A stretch of DNA of 57,610 nucleotides, the filler included, from Deltaproteobacteria bacterium (lineage in GTDB: Bacteria > JAEEML01): the NCBI GenBank assembly GCA_016283195.1. It is 3 parts of 3 records of this genome, joined end to end, with 100 filler letters (N's around TTAATTAATTAA, not from the genome) between each part and the next. Parts side by side here need not be neighbours in the genome. Positions count along the whole stretch, not along the records: positions 1 to 19,226 come from JAEEML010000137.1; 2 more parts are not named here. One strand, 5' to 3'. The notes beneath the pieces were generated by a model that worked only from the letters and a program-made list of their open reading frames with translations, was not told the origin of the DNA and searched no databases. A program made the position numbers and the translations under genes. Positions within the stretch are counted from its first letter, which is position 1; the number at the start of each line of letters is the position of its first letter. Positions 8,454 through 18,094 of this stretch are shown here, piece after piece.

Positions 8454-10763
8454 TTATGCCTTGTCCAAGAGCCACTGTGGCAGGAGCGGTGAGGGATTAG
8501 GGCCGGAAAGACACCAAAGCTGGTGGGCGGCTCTCGTGAGCCCCACATGGAGAAAGTGGCGGGAAAAATCATCTTCCGGATAGGTATCGCTATTAACTTC
8601 CACTAAAATTACATAATCAAATTCGAGACCTTTGACCTGGCGGATTTCCGTAACATCAATGCCGGGACTAAAGGAAAAGTCTTCTCTTGCCACCAGGCGC
8701 AGTTTGGGCACTTCGGCTTTTTTTAGTGCGGCATAATATGTTTGGGCCTGCGGACTATGGCGGGCAATAATCGCTACACTGGCCATCGGCTCGCGCATCA
8801 TAAGGCCGCGCAGGGCGCCGGCCAAAAAATCTATGGCCTGGCCGGTGTCGGAAAAGCGATGCAATTCCACCGGGGCCCCATGGCGCGTGGCTTTTAACTG
8901 TTTGGGCGCACTTGCCCCCAAAACGGCCTGAGCTACTTCCATAATTTCGGCTGTTGAGCGGTAGGCCACAGCCAGTTGCTCCATGGTAACATCGCGCCCG
9001 CCCAGCTCGCGCAAAAATGGTTCCCAGCCTTTAAAGGAGCTTTCGGCAATAATAGCCTGGGCATCATCGCCGGCCAGGGTAATGGTGGCATCTTTAGCTG
9101 TGGAGCGCAGCATAACCCGCACTTCAAAAGGCGAAAAATCCTGCACTTCGTCCACCATCAGGTGGTTATATTCCATTTTGCCGCCTACTCCCGGCAGGCG
9201 CCCCACATTATGCTGATAAAGAGCCAGTAATATTGTGTTATCTTCCTGGTCGATGGCGGCCATATCCTCTTCATCAGTCTCTTCGGCCAGGGAATTGGCT
9301 TCTTCCACCAGGCGGGCATAGAGCTCTCTGTTCCAAGAGGCGATATTTTCAAAATCTTCGGCGGTAAATTCATCGGGAGCATATTGGGCCGAGAGATTTT
9401 TCAATTTTTGCGGTGAGGTAATAATATCGGCCCAGTCTTGAATAAGCCGCCGTTCGCCGTAAGGATAGCGTTCCAAAATATTTATGGCCGCGCCGATTAT
9501 TTGTGTGGGCAGATTTTTTAAATCGGGCACATTTTTGTGCTCGCGCCGGCCTTGCATAATCTCAATTAAGAGCTGGCGGCGCTGCTCATAGGGCAGGCGT
9601 TCCAAATTTTGCCAGCCGTTTATAATAGCCCGGCCGCCGTTATTATTCCCAAAGGCCCGCTCGAATTCTGCGGTAACCGTAGCGCTGCGCTCCTTTTCCA
9701 GAGCTACAATATATTTTATAATCAGCGGATGGCGTTTTAGGCGGGAGACGGCCGGCGGGGTGTCGCTGTTATAGCGGTCCGGCAGGCTTTTGGTGATGCG
9801 CTTTCGGGCCGCGTGGGCCCAGTCATGGTAGGTGGAAACTTTAATATTTTTTATGCCGAGTGCTGGTAAAACTTGCGAAGTATAAAGAGCCAGCGCTTTG
9901 TTGCCCACAATCACCAAAACTTTATCCGGCGTATAGCGCTTTTTATCGGCAAAGAGCAAATAAGCCACGCGGTGCAAAGCTACAGTGGTTTTGCCGCTAC
10001 CGGCGCTGCCGCGCACTACCAGAATGCCCGGCTCGTTATTGGTAATCAGGCCAAATTGGTTTTTATCAATAAGAGCCGATATTTCCGGCAAATGGTAATT
10101 GAGGCGCGGACGGCCGTCGGCGCCGATGCCCAAAATGGAGAGGCCCTGCGGGCGCACGGCTGTTCCCTGGCCGCCGGAGAGTTCTATGCTTTCCGGAGTG
10201 AGATTTTGCCAGCCGTCTTTTTTCTTTAAGAGAGTGATTCCCGAGGAAGCTATGCGCTTTAACTCGCCGGATTCTATACTTAAAGAGCGCCTTTTTATAA
10301 CTACGCCCTCTTTTGTTCTGTCGGCTACTTCTTCTTCGTAATCGTCGCCTTCGTCATAGCAGTAGTAAATTTTACTTACCGGGGCATTGCGCCAATCGAC
10401 AATTTTTATGCCAGATTCGGCATCTAAAAAGGTGTGCTTGCCGATGAGTACATCATGAAAGCGCCCCTCTTCTTTTAAGCGCAAATGGCCAAAATAGGGA
10501 TTTTGCGGATCAATAGGGATACTGGCTCCGCGCCCTCTTTGGGCGGCAATGGCCTGCAGGCGGGCCATCTGTTCCAAAAGCTGCGGCTGATCTTCCTCGC
10601 GCGCCTCGGCGAGAGCATCGCGCACAGTAATAAGGGCATCGTTGTAATCAACCATCTGGCCGTTATGTTCTTTGGGGGCTGTCAGGCGCTTAACCACTTT
10701 GCTGAGCAGGGCTTCTTCTTCGGTTATTATCTCCTTTGCTGCTTGAGATAAAGTAGCGCTCAC
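8454..10763 (-). CDS. helD: HelD/HelR-like UvrD-family (SF1) ATPase, RNA polymerase recycling motor
   Basis: N-terminal PYFG..., IG, IVDWRNAPVSKIYY; Walker A GSAGSGKTT then VALHRVAYLL; DEVQD; YRST; KGLEFD; TRA. Confidence 0.75.
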   Translation of the reverse strand: MSATLSQAAKEIITEEEALLSKVVKRLTAPKEHNGQMVDYNDALITVRDALAEAREEDQPQLLEQMARLQAIAAQRGRGASIPIDPQNPYFGHLRLKEEGRFHDVLIGKHTFLDAESGIKIVDWRNAPVSKIYYCYDEGDDYEEEVADRTKEGVVIKRRSLSIESGELKRIASSGITLLKKKDGWQNLTPESIELSGGQGTAVRPQGLSILGIGADGRPRLNYHLPEISALIDKNQFGLITNNEPGILVVRGSAGSGKTTVALHRVAYLLFADKKRYTPDKVLVIVGNKALALYTSQVLPALGIKNIKVSTYHDWAHAARKRITKSLPDRYNSDTPPAVSRLKRHPLIIKYIVALEKERSATVTAEFERAFGNNNGGRAIINGWQNLERLPYEQRRQLLIEIMQGRREHKNVPDLKNLPTQIIGAAINILERYPYGERRLIQDWADIITSPQKLKNLSAQYAPDEFTAEDFENIASWNRELYARLVEEANSLAEETDEEDMAAIDQEDNTILLALYQHNVGRLPGVGGKMEYNHLMVDEVQDFSPFEVRVMLRSTAKDATITLAGDDAQAIIAESSFKGWEPFLRELGGRDVTMEQLAVAYRSTAEIMEVAQAVLGASAPKQLKATRHGAPVELHRFSDTGQAIDFLAGALRGLMMREPMASVAIIARHSPQAQTYYAALKKAEVPKLRLVAREDFSFSPGIDVTEIRQVKGLEFDYVILVEVNSDTYPEDDFSRHFLHVGLTRAAHQLWCLSGPNPSPLLPQWLLDKA

Positions 10764-11019
10764 GCTAAACTCCTATAAAAGCGGGGAAAAATCCCCTAGA
10801 AGGAAAAGAATTAGCACGGCGCAATAGTTAGGGCAAGAGGAAAGCTGGAAAAATTGCGAAGATTTTCTGCCAGTTTGTTCTACCAACAAGTAGTACTAAA
10901 TTTATAGCTGCTACCAATAGCCAGTAGATTATTTTAGGTAATATTTCCATGGTGATTTAACTCTTTAACCAACAATATTTTGCCAATTGTGAATTCCGGA
11001 ATATAAGGTAACAATCAAG

Positions 11020-11619
11020 CTACAGGTCGTGCCTAAATTTCAGCGCGGCACCCAGAGTGGCGCTATCCACATATTCCAAGTAGCCGCCGCGCGGCAGGCC
11101 GCTCGCCAGGCGGGTGACTTTATTGACATAAGGCGCAGCCAGGCGGGCAATATAAAGGGCCGTTGTTTCGCCGCCGGTATCGGTATTGGTGGCAATGATG
11201 AGCTCGCTAACCTGGCCTTTTTCCAGCCTTTTTATCAAGCTGTCAATGGTTAGCGCCTCCGGACCCACGCCGTCTATCGGTGAGATGGCGCCGTGGAGCA
11301 CATGAAAGAGGCCGCGATAAAAATGGCTACGCTCAATAGCCAGCATATCCTGCACCTGCTCCACTACGCAAATGGTGCTTTTATCGCGCGATTCATCCTG
11401 GCAAATGGGGCAAAGATCGGCAGTAGTAAAAGTTTGGCACTCCTGGCAGCGGCGCACGTTATTTAAAACATCGCTAATAGCTGCCGAAAGTTCCAGCCCC
11501 TTTTCCGGCTGGCTGCGCAGGAGATGGTAAGTGAGCCTAAGGGCGCTTTTTTCGCCGATTCCCGGCAAAGTGCCAAAGGCTTTAACCAGCCGTTCAATGG
11601 GATCTTTTTGCAAAGTCAT
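11020..11619 (-). CDS. recR: Recombination mediator RecR
   Basis: LPGIGEKSA HhH, C4 zinc finger CQEC...CPIC, Toprim ICVVE, LHGAISPIDG. Confidence 0.97.
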   Translation of the reverse strand: MTLQKDPIERLVKAFGTLPGIGEKSALRLTYHLLRSQPEKGLELSAAISDVLNNVRRCQECQTFTTADLCPICQDESRDKSTICVVEQVQDMLAIERSHFYRGLFHVLHGAISPIDGVGPEALTIDSLIKRLEKGQVSELIIATNTDTGGETTALYIARLAAPYVNKVTRLASGLPRGGYLEYVDSATLGAALKFRHDL

Positions 11620-11621
11620 TA

Positions 11622-13562
11622 TTATTCCTCGGTGGAGAGGAAGGTGACGCCCAGCGCCTCGGCCTGGCGGGCTTTTTTGATAAAAGCTAAAAATTCGCCG
11701 TATTCTTCACTCTCGATGATGGGTTTTTTAATGACAAAACGGCGCTCAAAGCGGAAATATTTGCCGTCTTTTTTGTAATAAGAAGAGTATTCGCCGTATC
11801 CCGGAGCAAATAGATCAACCGGCAATGGCTGATCAACCTCATAGCCCACCGGGAGCTCAATCGAAAGCTTCATCTCCCACACAAGCGGGCCGCCGGTGGC
11901 CAGCTGGTAGCGCCTTTTATCTTTCCACAGATGGTGGTAAAGCTCGCCGGTAATTTGGTCGGCAGCAAATTTATATTCTTGATATTTAAGCTCTTTCATC
12001 GAGGCTTTGCAAGCGCCGGTAACGCGAATTGGAGCCGAGAGATTCTTTAAATCGGCCACTTCCCAGTTGGAAATATCCATGCTGGTGCCGCTATCGGCAA
12101 ATGCGGCCAAAAGGGCCTTTTTCTGCTCACTCTTGTTTTTAGAAAGAGCTTCGCGCAGCAGGCGGGCGGCCTCACCCTCGGCTTTCAAATTAAAAAAGCC
12201 CTCCAGTTCGCCGGTATTTTTAAGACGCATTTTAATATCAATAGCGCTACTGTTTTGTTCCGGCGTTGATAGCGGAAGATTAATAAATTCCGCATGTTCT
12301 TCATCTTTTATTAAAAGGCCTGCGCCGCCTTGTAACTCCCTTGGCAAAGTGGCAAAGCCGCATTTGGGGCAGCCCGGATCGAGGAAAGAATAGTCGGCCG
12401 CTCCGCCCTGTTTTTTTACGGCCACCACCACATGGGCAAAGGGGACCAAAGAGGGCATATCAATATTTATGAGCCGGCCGCCCGGCTTTATCACCAAAAC
12501 CGGGTAGGCTTCCAGGCCGCGTACTTTGAGAATGGCGGCGAAAAAAGCGGCCAAATCGCGTACGGAAGCCGGTTTCTTCTGCCCGATTTCGTTATAATCC
12601 ACCGGCCCGGCTTCCCAGATATATTCGGTGCTGACCGGTACCGCCTGCTCTTGTAACCAGCTGTAAAGAGCCGTTTCCGATTGTTCTCTGGAAATCCAAT
12701 CATGGGCAGTGTTGAGCTCGGTAAGGTGTTTGGTCTCTTTGAGATACCAGGCGCCTACATCCTCCCATTTGCGCATGATATCGCCGCTTTGTGCGCCGCT
12801 TTCTTTGGCCCGCACGCCCTGGAAAACCGGGGATACCCAAGCTCTAAGGCGCTGCAAATCGGGCATATTTTCTTCCGGATACAGCGGCGGTAAATCATTT
12901 TTTACCCACAAAAGGCGTTGCTGATTCTTTTCCAAATCGCGGCGGATAGGCTGTTCATCGGAGATAAATTGGCCGGTGCCGGAGCGGATATCCAAAAGAA
13001 TATCCGGTGTGGTGATAATGGCAAACTCGGCTCTTTTCACCGGCAGTTCGCTGCCCATGTTCCAGGTTGGAATATAACGGGCATCGTCAAAAGTGCGCAC
13101 ATATTGAAATTCTACCACCGCTCCCACTTCGGGGCCGGAAATTCTGGCAATAACCCGCCCCAGTTCCGGGCGAACAAGGCCCGGTTGATGCTGAATTTCA
13201 TTGCCGGCGAGCGCTTTTTCGCGCCCATCTGGATAGACAATGCGCCCGGAGAGACTAGTAATATTGCTGTGTGCAGAGGTGGGTAAAACAATGGTGGCAT
13301 AGCTAAAACCGCGCTCATTAAGAATCTTGTAACGCCGGTGGTGGGTGAGTACTGCCTGTGCACCATTTTTGCCATTCTGTGTCTTATAGGTTAAAGTAGC
13401 ATTATCCAGCAGCACCACTGCTGGCATATCCGGATAGTCATCGGCCTTGGGCATGGTGGCAAAATGAACTGGAGGAAAGCTAGACATGGTTCCGGCACAG
13501 GCATTTACGCCAAGTATGAAAGCGCCTAACACGGCGGATTTAAAGTATTTTGGAATATTCAT
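11622..13562 (-). CDS. DUF3857 / transglutaminase-like domain lipoprotein
   Basis: Lipobox VNAC after start at 13562 (RBS GGAG); DUF3857-like N-terminus (KILNERG, GAVVEFQY); TGase-like core (FAHVVVAV, FLDP); beta-rich C-terminus. Confidence 0.78.
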   Translation of the reverse strand: MNIPKYFKSAVLGAFILGVNACAGTMSSFPPVHFATMPKADDYPDMPAVVLLDNATLTYKTQNGKNGAQAVLTHHRRYKILNERGFSYATIVLPTSAHSNITSLSGRIVYPDGREKALAGNEIQHQPGLVRPELGRVIARISGPEVGAVVEFQYVRTFDDARYIPTWNMGSELPVKRAEFAIITTPDILLDIRSGTGQFISDEQPIRRDLEKNQQRLLWVKNDLPPLYPEENMPDLQRLRAWVSPVFQGVRAKESGAQSGDIMRKWEDVGAWYLKETKHLTELNTAHDWISREQSETALYSWLQEQAVPVSTEYIWEAGPVDYNEIGQKKPASVRDLAAFFAAILKVRGLEAYPVLVIKPGGRLINIDMPSLVPFAHVVVAVKKQGGAADYSFLDPGCPKCGFATLPRELQGGAGLLIKDEEHAEFINLPLSTPEQNSSAIDIKMRLKNTGELEGFFNLKAEGEAARLLREALSKNKSEQKKALLAAFADSGTSMDISNWEVADLKNLSAPIRVTGACKASMKELKYQEYKFAADQITGELYHHLWKDKRRYQLATGGPLVWEMKLSIELPVGYEVDQPLPVDLFAPGYGEYSSYYKKDGKYFRFERRFVIKKPIIESEEYGEFLAFIKKARQAEALGVTFLSTEE

Positions 13563-13619
13563 ATTAACTCCTGCGGCCAATTTTTTGCCAAGCCGTCAAT
13601 TTACTCATAGCATAAAACC

Positions 13620-14369
13620 ATGAGAACGAGAACTTTACAATCTGCCTCCTCATTAGTCAAAGCCTTCTTCCTGATTTTACCGGCTCTTTTTGGGGCTTCG
13701 TGCCAGGGAGGTGTGGCTCTTTCTCCAACTTTAAGCGGTGGCCTTTGGAACAGCGCTTTTATGGCTACAACATCGCCCAACGGTGCCAGGTTTACCAGTT
13801 GGCGCGAAGAACGCCAAAAGCGCAATAGAGCTGCTGCGCTGGAACAACTGGCCAGCAGTGAGTGTGCCCCGGAGAAGATAATAAAAACCGCCGCCGCCTA
13901 TAAAAACAGCGTGCCGCCGGAGAGTGAATTCGGCCGCAGCAGCCTGGATTTTATCAAAGGCGTTTATGAAAAAAGCTGTATGCCGCTTTTGCAACCCTTG
14001 CCAGGTTCGGAATATCAAGCAGCTTTGCCCGAAGGCCCCAGTCCCGGCTCGATTGTAATTCTCGGCAAGGGTGATAAGCGAGTGGCCGCTCTGGTGGAAA
14101 AATGCGATGCCGCCGGCACTTGCCAGCTTTTGGTGCGTTTGCCTGATAAAGTCCATGTGCTTAAATTTAATGCTCTTTATCCGAATGCCTATCGCAATAA
14201 AGGCGGAGAAGTTATCAATAGTCTCTTGAAATTACCCGGTAGCCAGCAAATTGCGACAGCCGGTGAATTATTGCTTGAAGCACATCAGGCTTATGATAAA
14301 AATAGTAAGGCGCCCGCAGAAACCGCCGGCGGAAATGCCGGAGCGGTAGCTTTTAACGATAATGATTAA
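13620..14369 (+). CDS. Hypothetical lipoprotein
   Basis: 249-aa ORF with signal peptide and lipobox-like GASC; divergent from the DUF3857 gene. Confidence 0.65.
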   Translation: MRTRTLQSASSLVKAFFLILPALFGASCQGGVALSPTLSGGLWNSAFMATTSPNGARFTSWREERQKRNRAAALEQLASSECAPEKIIKTAAAYKNSVPPESEFGRSSLDFIKGVYEKSCMPLLQPLPGSEYQAALPEGPSPGSIVILGKGDKRVAALVEKCDAAGTCQLLVRLPDKVHVLKFNALYPNAYRNKGGEVINSLLKLPGSQQIATAGELLLEAHQAYDKNSKAPAETAGGNAGAVAFNDND

Positions 14370-14418
14370 AGAAACGGTGTAGCCCCGGAGTGGGCCGCTG
14401 TTTTGTGTAGGACCGCCG

Positions 14419-15813
14419 ATGATACGTTTTTCCATTCATCTTGATCCGGAAAATAATATCACAAGGGTGAAGAGTTTTCCCGAAGGGCCGGAGCCTATTC
14501 TCATCGGCCGTGATAAAGATTGCCAGCTAAGGCTTCGTAATAATTCTGTTTCCCGGCACCATTGCCGCCTGGAGTTTTTTAATAATAATTATATTGTCGA
14601 AGACCTGGCCTCCACCCAGGGGACGCGCCTCAACGGCGAACCTTTAACGCCGCGTGTTTCGGTGCCGGTGCATCATGGCGATATTTTGCAAGTCGGCGAA
14701 CTTTCTATGCTTATTGCCATTTTGGAGGAGCCGGAATCGGCAGAGCAACTATCTAATGCCGCCCATCAGGCGGTGAGTAATCTTTTGGGCAAGTTTTTGC
14801 AAAGTCCTTCTTCGGATACTACCGCTTATTTAAAAATATTAAATGGTGATGACGAAGGGCTGAAATTTCTTCTTACAGATAAAAATTCCTGGAATATCGG
14901 CCGCCTGGAAGATAATGACTTTGTTATCCATGCCAGCTCAATCTCCCGGCAGCATGCCAGAATAACTTTGGATAGCGGCTCATATTATTTGCAAGATTTG
15001 GGCTCCACCAGCGGTACCACGGTAAATGGTGCCAATATCACCGGGCCCTATCATTTGGTGCATCTCGACCGCCTGACTTTCGGCGCGGTGAAGGTTATTT
15101 TCTTTGATCCCTCACAGGAACTTCTTTCGGCTCTTGAATATGTTGAGCAGGCCAGCGAATCCAGTGAGACTAAAGCCCTTAATATTAAAGAAAATGCCAC
15201 AGTTCCGCCGCATAATTCACCGGATGCTAAAGATGCTACCAACCCGGCATTTACTGAGCAAACCGCCGAAAATGAAGTCACCAGTCCCGGTACTGAGCCG
15301 GAGATTAGTGCTGACGCGGTAGCTAATGCTTTGGCCGAATCCACAGCGCAGGATTTTTCCGCTCAGCCGGAGCAAGAAGAGGCCGAGGAGGCTGAGGAGG
15401 GCGAAGAAGACGAAGAAATTGAGGAGGTTCCGCCGGCACCGGTGATTCCTGCGCCGGTTATGAGTGAAGCCACCGTCTCGGCTCGTTCTGTGCGTCATCA
15501 GCGCCGTGGTAGTGATAGAGGCGCTACCAAAGGGCATAATAACTTGGCCGGACAGCCGGCGCCGGTAAACGATGAGGATTCCTTGGGTGATGATTCAGAA
15601 GTAGATGATGATTTTTCTATAGATGAAGATATTCCTTCTGCTCCGCCGGTGGTTTCCGTTCCTTCCCAAGGGCCGGTAAAGACCAATGTCACCGCGCCAA
15701 CTATTGTGCGCAAAAAACGGCGGCGCTTGCCGGTTATGCCCATTGCTCTCATGCTTCTCTGCCTGACTGTAATGGTGTGCTGTCTCATCTTTTTTATTCT
15801 TAATAATACCTGA
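14419..15813 (+). CDS. Tandem FHA-domain membrane protein with acidic linker
   Basis: Two FHA signatures (IGR...VSRHH...DLASTQGT; IGR...ISRQHA...DLGSTSGTTVNG), Glu/Asp-rich region, C-terminal TM after KKRRR. Confidence 0.88.
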   Translation: MIRFSIHLDPENNITRVKSFPEGPEPILIGRDKDCQLRLRNNSVSRHHCRLEFFNNNYIVEDLASTQGTRLNGEPLTPRVSVPVHHGDILQVGELSMLIAILEEPESAEQLSNAAHQAVSNLLGKFLQSPSSDTTAYLKILNGDDEGLKFLLTDKNSWNIGRLEDNDFVIHASSISRQHARITLDSGSYYLQDLGSTSGTTVNGANITGPYHLVHLDRLTFGAVKVIFFDPSQELLSALEYVEQASESSETKALNIKENATVPPHNSPDAKDATNPAFTEQTAENEVTSPGTEPEISADAVANALAESTAQDFSAQPEQEEAEEAEEGEEDEEIEEVPPAPVIPAPVMSEATVSARSVRHQRRGSDRGATKGHNNLAGQPAPVNDEDSLGDDSEVDDDFSIDEDIPSAPPVVSVPSQGPVKTNVTAPTIVRKKRRRLPVMPIALMLLCLTVMVCCLIFFILNNT

Positions 15814-15892
15814 AAGCGGAGTTTAAAGAGCGCGTTTTTAACGCTTTTTTCGGCACCAATCTTTAAAGGCACTAGGTCTTCTATTTTTTTTA

Positions 15893-15921
15893 TTGACAAA
15901 TAATTTTAACCTCTTTATAAA
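15893..15921 (+). promoter_or_regulatory. sigma70 promoter of the tRNA-Met pair
   Basis: TTGACA-N17-TATAAA immediately upstream of the tRNAs. Confidence 0.8.
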
Positions 15922-15935
15922 GGCTCTGCTCTTGT

Positions 15936-16012
15936 GGCGATGTAGCCCAGCTGGTGAGAGCATGCGGCTCATACCCGCAGTGTCGAGGGTTCGATTCCCC
16001 CCATCGCCACCA
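15936..16012 (+). tRNA. tRNA-Met (CAT), elongator type
   Basis: Cloverleaf GGCGATG...CATCGCC-ACCA, anticodon loop CTCATAC, T-loop GTTCGATTC. Confidence 0.93.
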
Positions 16013-16017
16013 TCCGT

Positions 16018-16094
<77 letters not shown>

Positions 16095-16101
16095 ACCTTT
16101 T

Positions 16102-17211
16102 TTAAGTTAAATCAGTAAGTTCTGCCGCTTCCCAAAGATCAAATTCTTTTACCGCTGTGCGCCAGATGCGCATGCGATAACGCACTTCGGCATTATAGCT
16201 GCTGGTACCGAACGGGCCGATGCTTTTGGCGGCATCGCGGCGAAATTTTAGCTCATTGCTGCAATCGTTTATCAGAACATTGGGCCATTTTTCATGCTCG
16301 GCAATGGCCATAAGGCGCAAAGTGAGCTGGCGGCTTTTAATGGGCGAGATATAGCCGTGATGGTAGGCGTAAAGCGGCCCTTCCTCCGGCATACTGTCTA
16401 AATTTTGGTTATTAAGATGGAGTTCCGCCAGATTTATCTGCTCCACGCCGGTGGCTAAAATCCGCTCGCGTTTACCCATGAAATAATTAAAGAAATCTGT
16501 GTACATGGGCGATTCGATGCAGAGATGGGGAAAGAGCTTTCTGGCTATTTTCATGCGCTCTATTACTGTATCGGAACAGTGGGTGGCGGCCAGGTTAAAG
16601 CGCAGTTCATCAAGGCCGGCAGCGGCCAGCTCTTTTAAGGTTTTTTCATCGGCACTTATACCGTTGGTGTAAAGCCACTGATGGTAACCGAGGCTATGGA
16701 TGTGTTCAATTAAGGGGAGTATCTTTTGCGGCGACATGAGCGGCTCATAATAAACCCAGGCTACGCCGCGTACTTTTTGGCCTTGGAGCTCAAAAAAGAG
16801 CTTAATATCTCTGGCCGAAACCATTTGATGTTGCGCGCCGACCTGGAAGCGGTCATTAGCCAAAAAATCATCTTTTACTTTATGATAATAGCAAAAAGGG
16901 CAAGCGGCATTGCACTCGGCCGAAGAGCGGATTTGCGTCCATTTGCCGGCCAGGCAGCTGGTGCAGCCGGGCGTGAGCGGCCGTTCTTCCAGGCTCCAAA
17001 GGGCTTTATAACCTAAATTATCGCGGTGCAAGTGCGGCAGCTTTTTTTGCTCCTTGCGGATGATATTCATAACGAGGCGCTCTAAAAGGTCTTCTATTTG
17101 CTCGGTAAAAAAATCCTCTTCGCGCGAGGTATAACCATCTTTCGCACATTTTTCCTGAATATTATCGAGGACTTTTAACGCCTCCTCGCGGCTTAATTTT
17201 AATAAATACAT
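16102..17211 (-). CDS. Radical SAM protein of unknown function
   Basis: CxxxCxxC (CNAACPFC) preceded by an extra CxxC (GCTSC); LYTNG; AGLDELRFN. Confidence 0.88.
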   Translation of the reverse strand: MYLLKLSREEALKVLDNIQEKCAKDGYTSREEDFFTEQIEDLLERLVMNIIRKEQKKLPHLHRDNLGYKALWSLEERPLTPGCTSCLAGKWTQIRSSAECNAACPFCYYHKVKDDFLANDRFQVGAQHQMVSARDIKLFFELQGQKVRGVAWVYYEPLMSPQKILPLIEHIHSLGYHQWLYTNGISADEKTLKELAAAGLDELRFNLAATHCSDTVIERMKIARKLFPHLCIESPMYTDFFNYFMGKRERILATGVEQINLAELHLNNQNLDSMPEEGPLYAYHHGYISPIKSRQLTLRLMAIAEHEKWPNVLINDCSNELKFRRDAAKSIGPFGTSSYNAEVRYRMRIWRTAVKEFDLWEAAELTDLT

Positions 17212-17633
17212 TAGCGCCTCTTAAAGCTATGGCCACAAATAGGGGGCTCATTCTCGTTAAAGCGGATATCTCTTAAAATAAGGTGATTTTCGCTGACTTC
17301 ATAGCGGCCGCTTAGGTTAAGGTTGGGCTTTGCTGTGCCTTTGGTAATGGTAAAACTGATTTTAGCGGCAAAATCGCTGGCTCCGTCGGCTGCCGGCTCG
17401 GCGGTATATGTGCCCTTATAAACCAGTTGGCCATCGGTAAAACTTAAAGCAAAATCGCCGTTTTCGTTAAAGCGCAGCATGGAAATCGGGCGACTTGTTT
17501 CTATTTGCTGATAACTTTGGCAGGAGAGGCTTTTTTCTTCCTGCCAGCGCCCTACCAGGCGGCTATCGTCCGGACTGCAGGCGAAAATGGCCAAAGCAGG
17601 TAAAAAAGCCACAAATACTCTAAGATAAAACAT
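17211..17633 (-). CDS. Hypothetical lipoprotein (lipocalin-like beta-barrel candidate)
   Basis: Start reassigned to ATG 17633 (RBS GGAG); lipobox IFAC; LVGRW motif; stop overlaps the radical SAM start. Confidence 0.7.
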   Translation of the reverse strand: MFYLRVFVAFLPALAIFACSPDDSRLVGRWQEEKSLSCQSYQQIETSRPISMLRFNENGDFALSFTDGQLVYKGTYTAEPAADGASDFAAKISFTITKGTAKPNLNLSGRYEVSENHLILRDIRFNENEPPICGHSFKRR

Positions 17634-17830
17634 ATAAACTCCGTAGATAATTTGGTGCCCGTTTTCTATTTGCCGCTTTATGGCGGCTAAATAGCCAAGA
17701 GCCGGGACAATAATACTAGCAGGCGGCCGCTTTTGGCAAATCATCTTGGAATTTTTTGTACCAGGTTGCGCTATTTGAGGCGCTGGAAGGGGGAAAGAAA
17801 TGTGCTATACTGTCGTGAGGAGGTAGTGCA

Positions 17831-18094
17831 ATGGTAAGCATTCCCGCATATTATGATGGCAAAACAGTAAAGACCATAGGTGATTTCCCCTTTGTGAAGA
17901 ATCAGAAACTCATAATTACTGTTTTGGATGCCGCTTTTTCTGAGCATGAATTGCAGCCCAAAGACAAAAAAAACGACGCGTTATACCGTCTCTCATTGCT
18001 TGCTGATTTGCAAAAATATCGAGGGCGCCTATCGCCTGATTTCGATGCCGAAAAAGAACTGGCAGAGGCCAGAGAACAAAAATACGAAAAATGA
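17831..18094 (+). CDS. Putative antitoxin (AF2212/DUF104-like N-terminus)
   Basis: 87 aa, strong RBS GAGGAGG, IPAYYDG..V motif, ATGA overlap with the PIN gene. Confidence 0.7.
   Translation: MVSIPAYYDGKTVKTIGDFPFVKNQKLIITVLDAAFSEHELQPKDKKNDALYRLSLLADLQKYRGRLSPDFDAEKELAEAREQKYEK

Noticed and set aside
10764-11019. AT-rich gap between recR and helD with two CTACCAA...GTAG words, considered as an ncRNA or operator
   Set aside because: The repeat is short and imperfect; no convincing structure or known motif.
13575-13590. sigma54-like TGGCAA-N5-TGGCC on the minus strand
   Set aside because: Imperfect -12 box, and too close to the ATG at 13562 to leave room for the RBS in the transcript.
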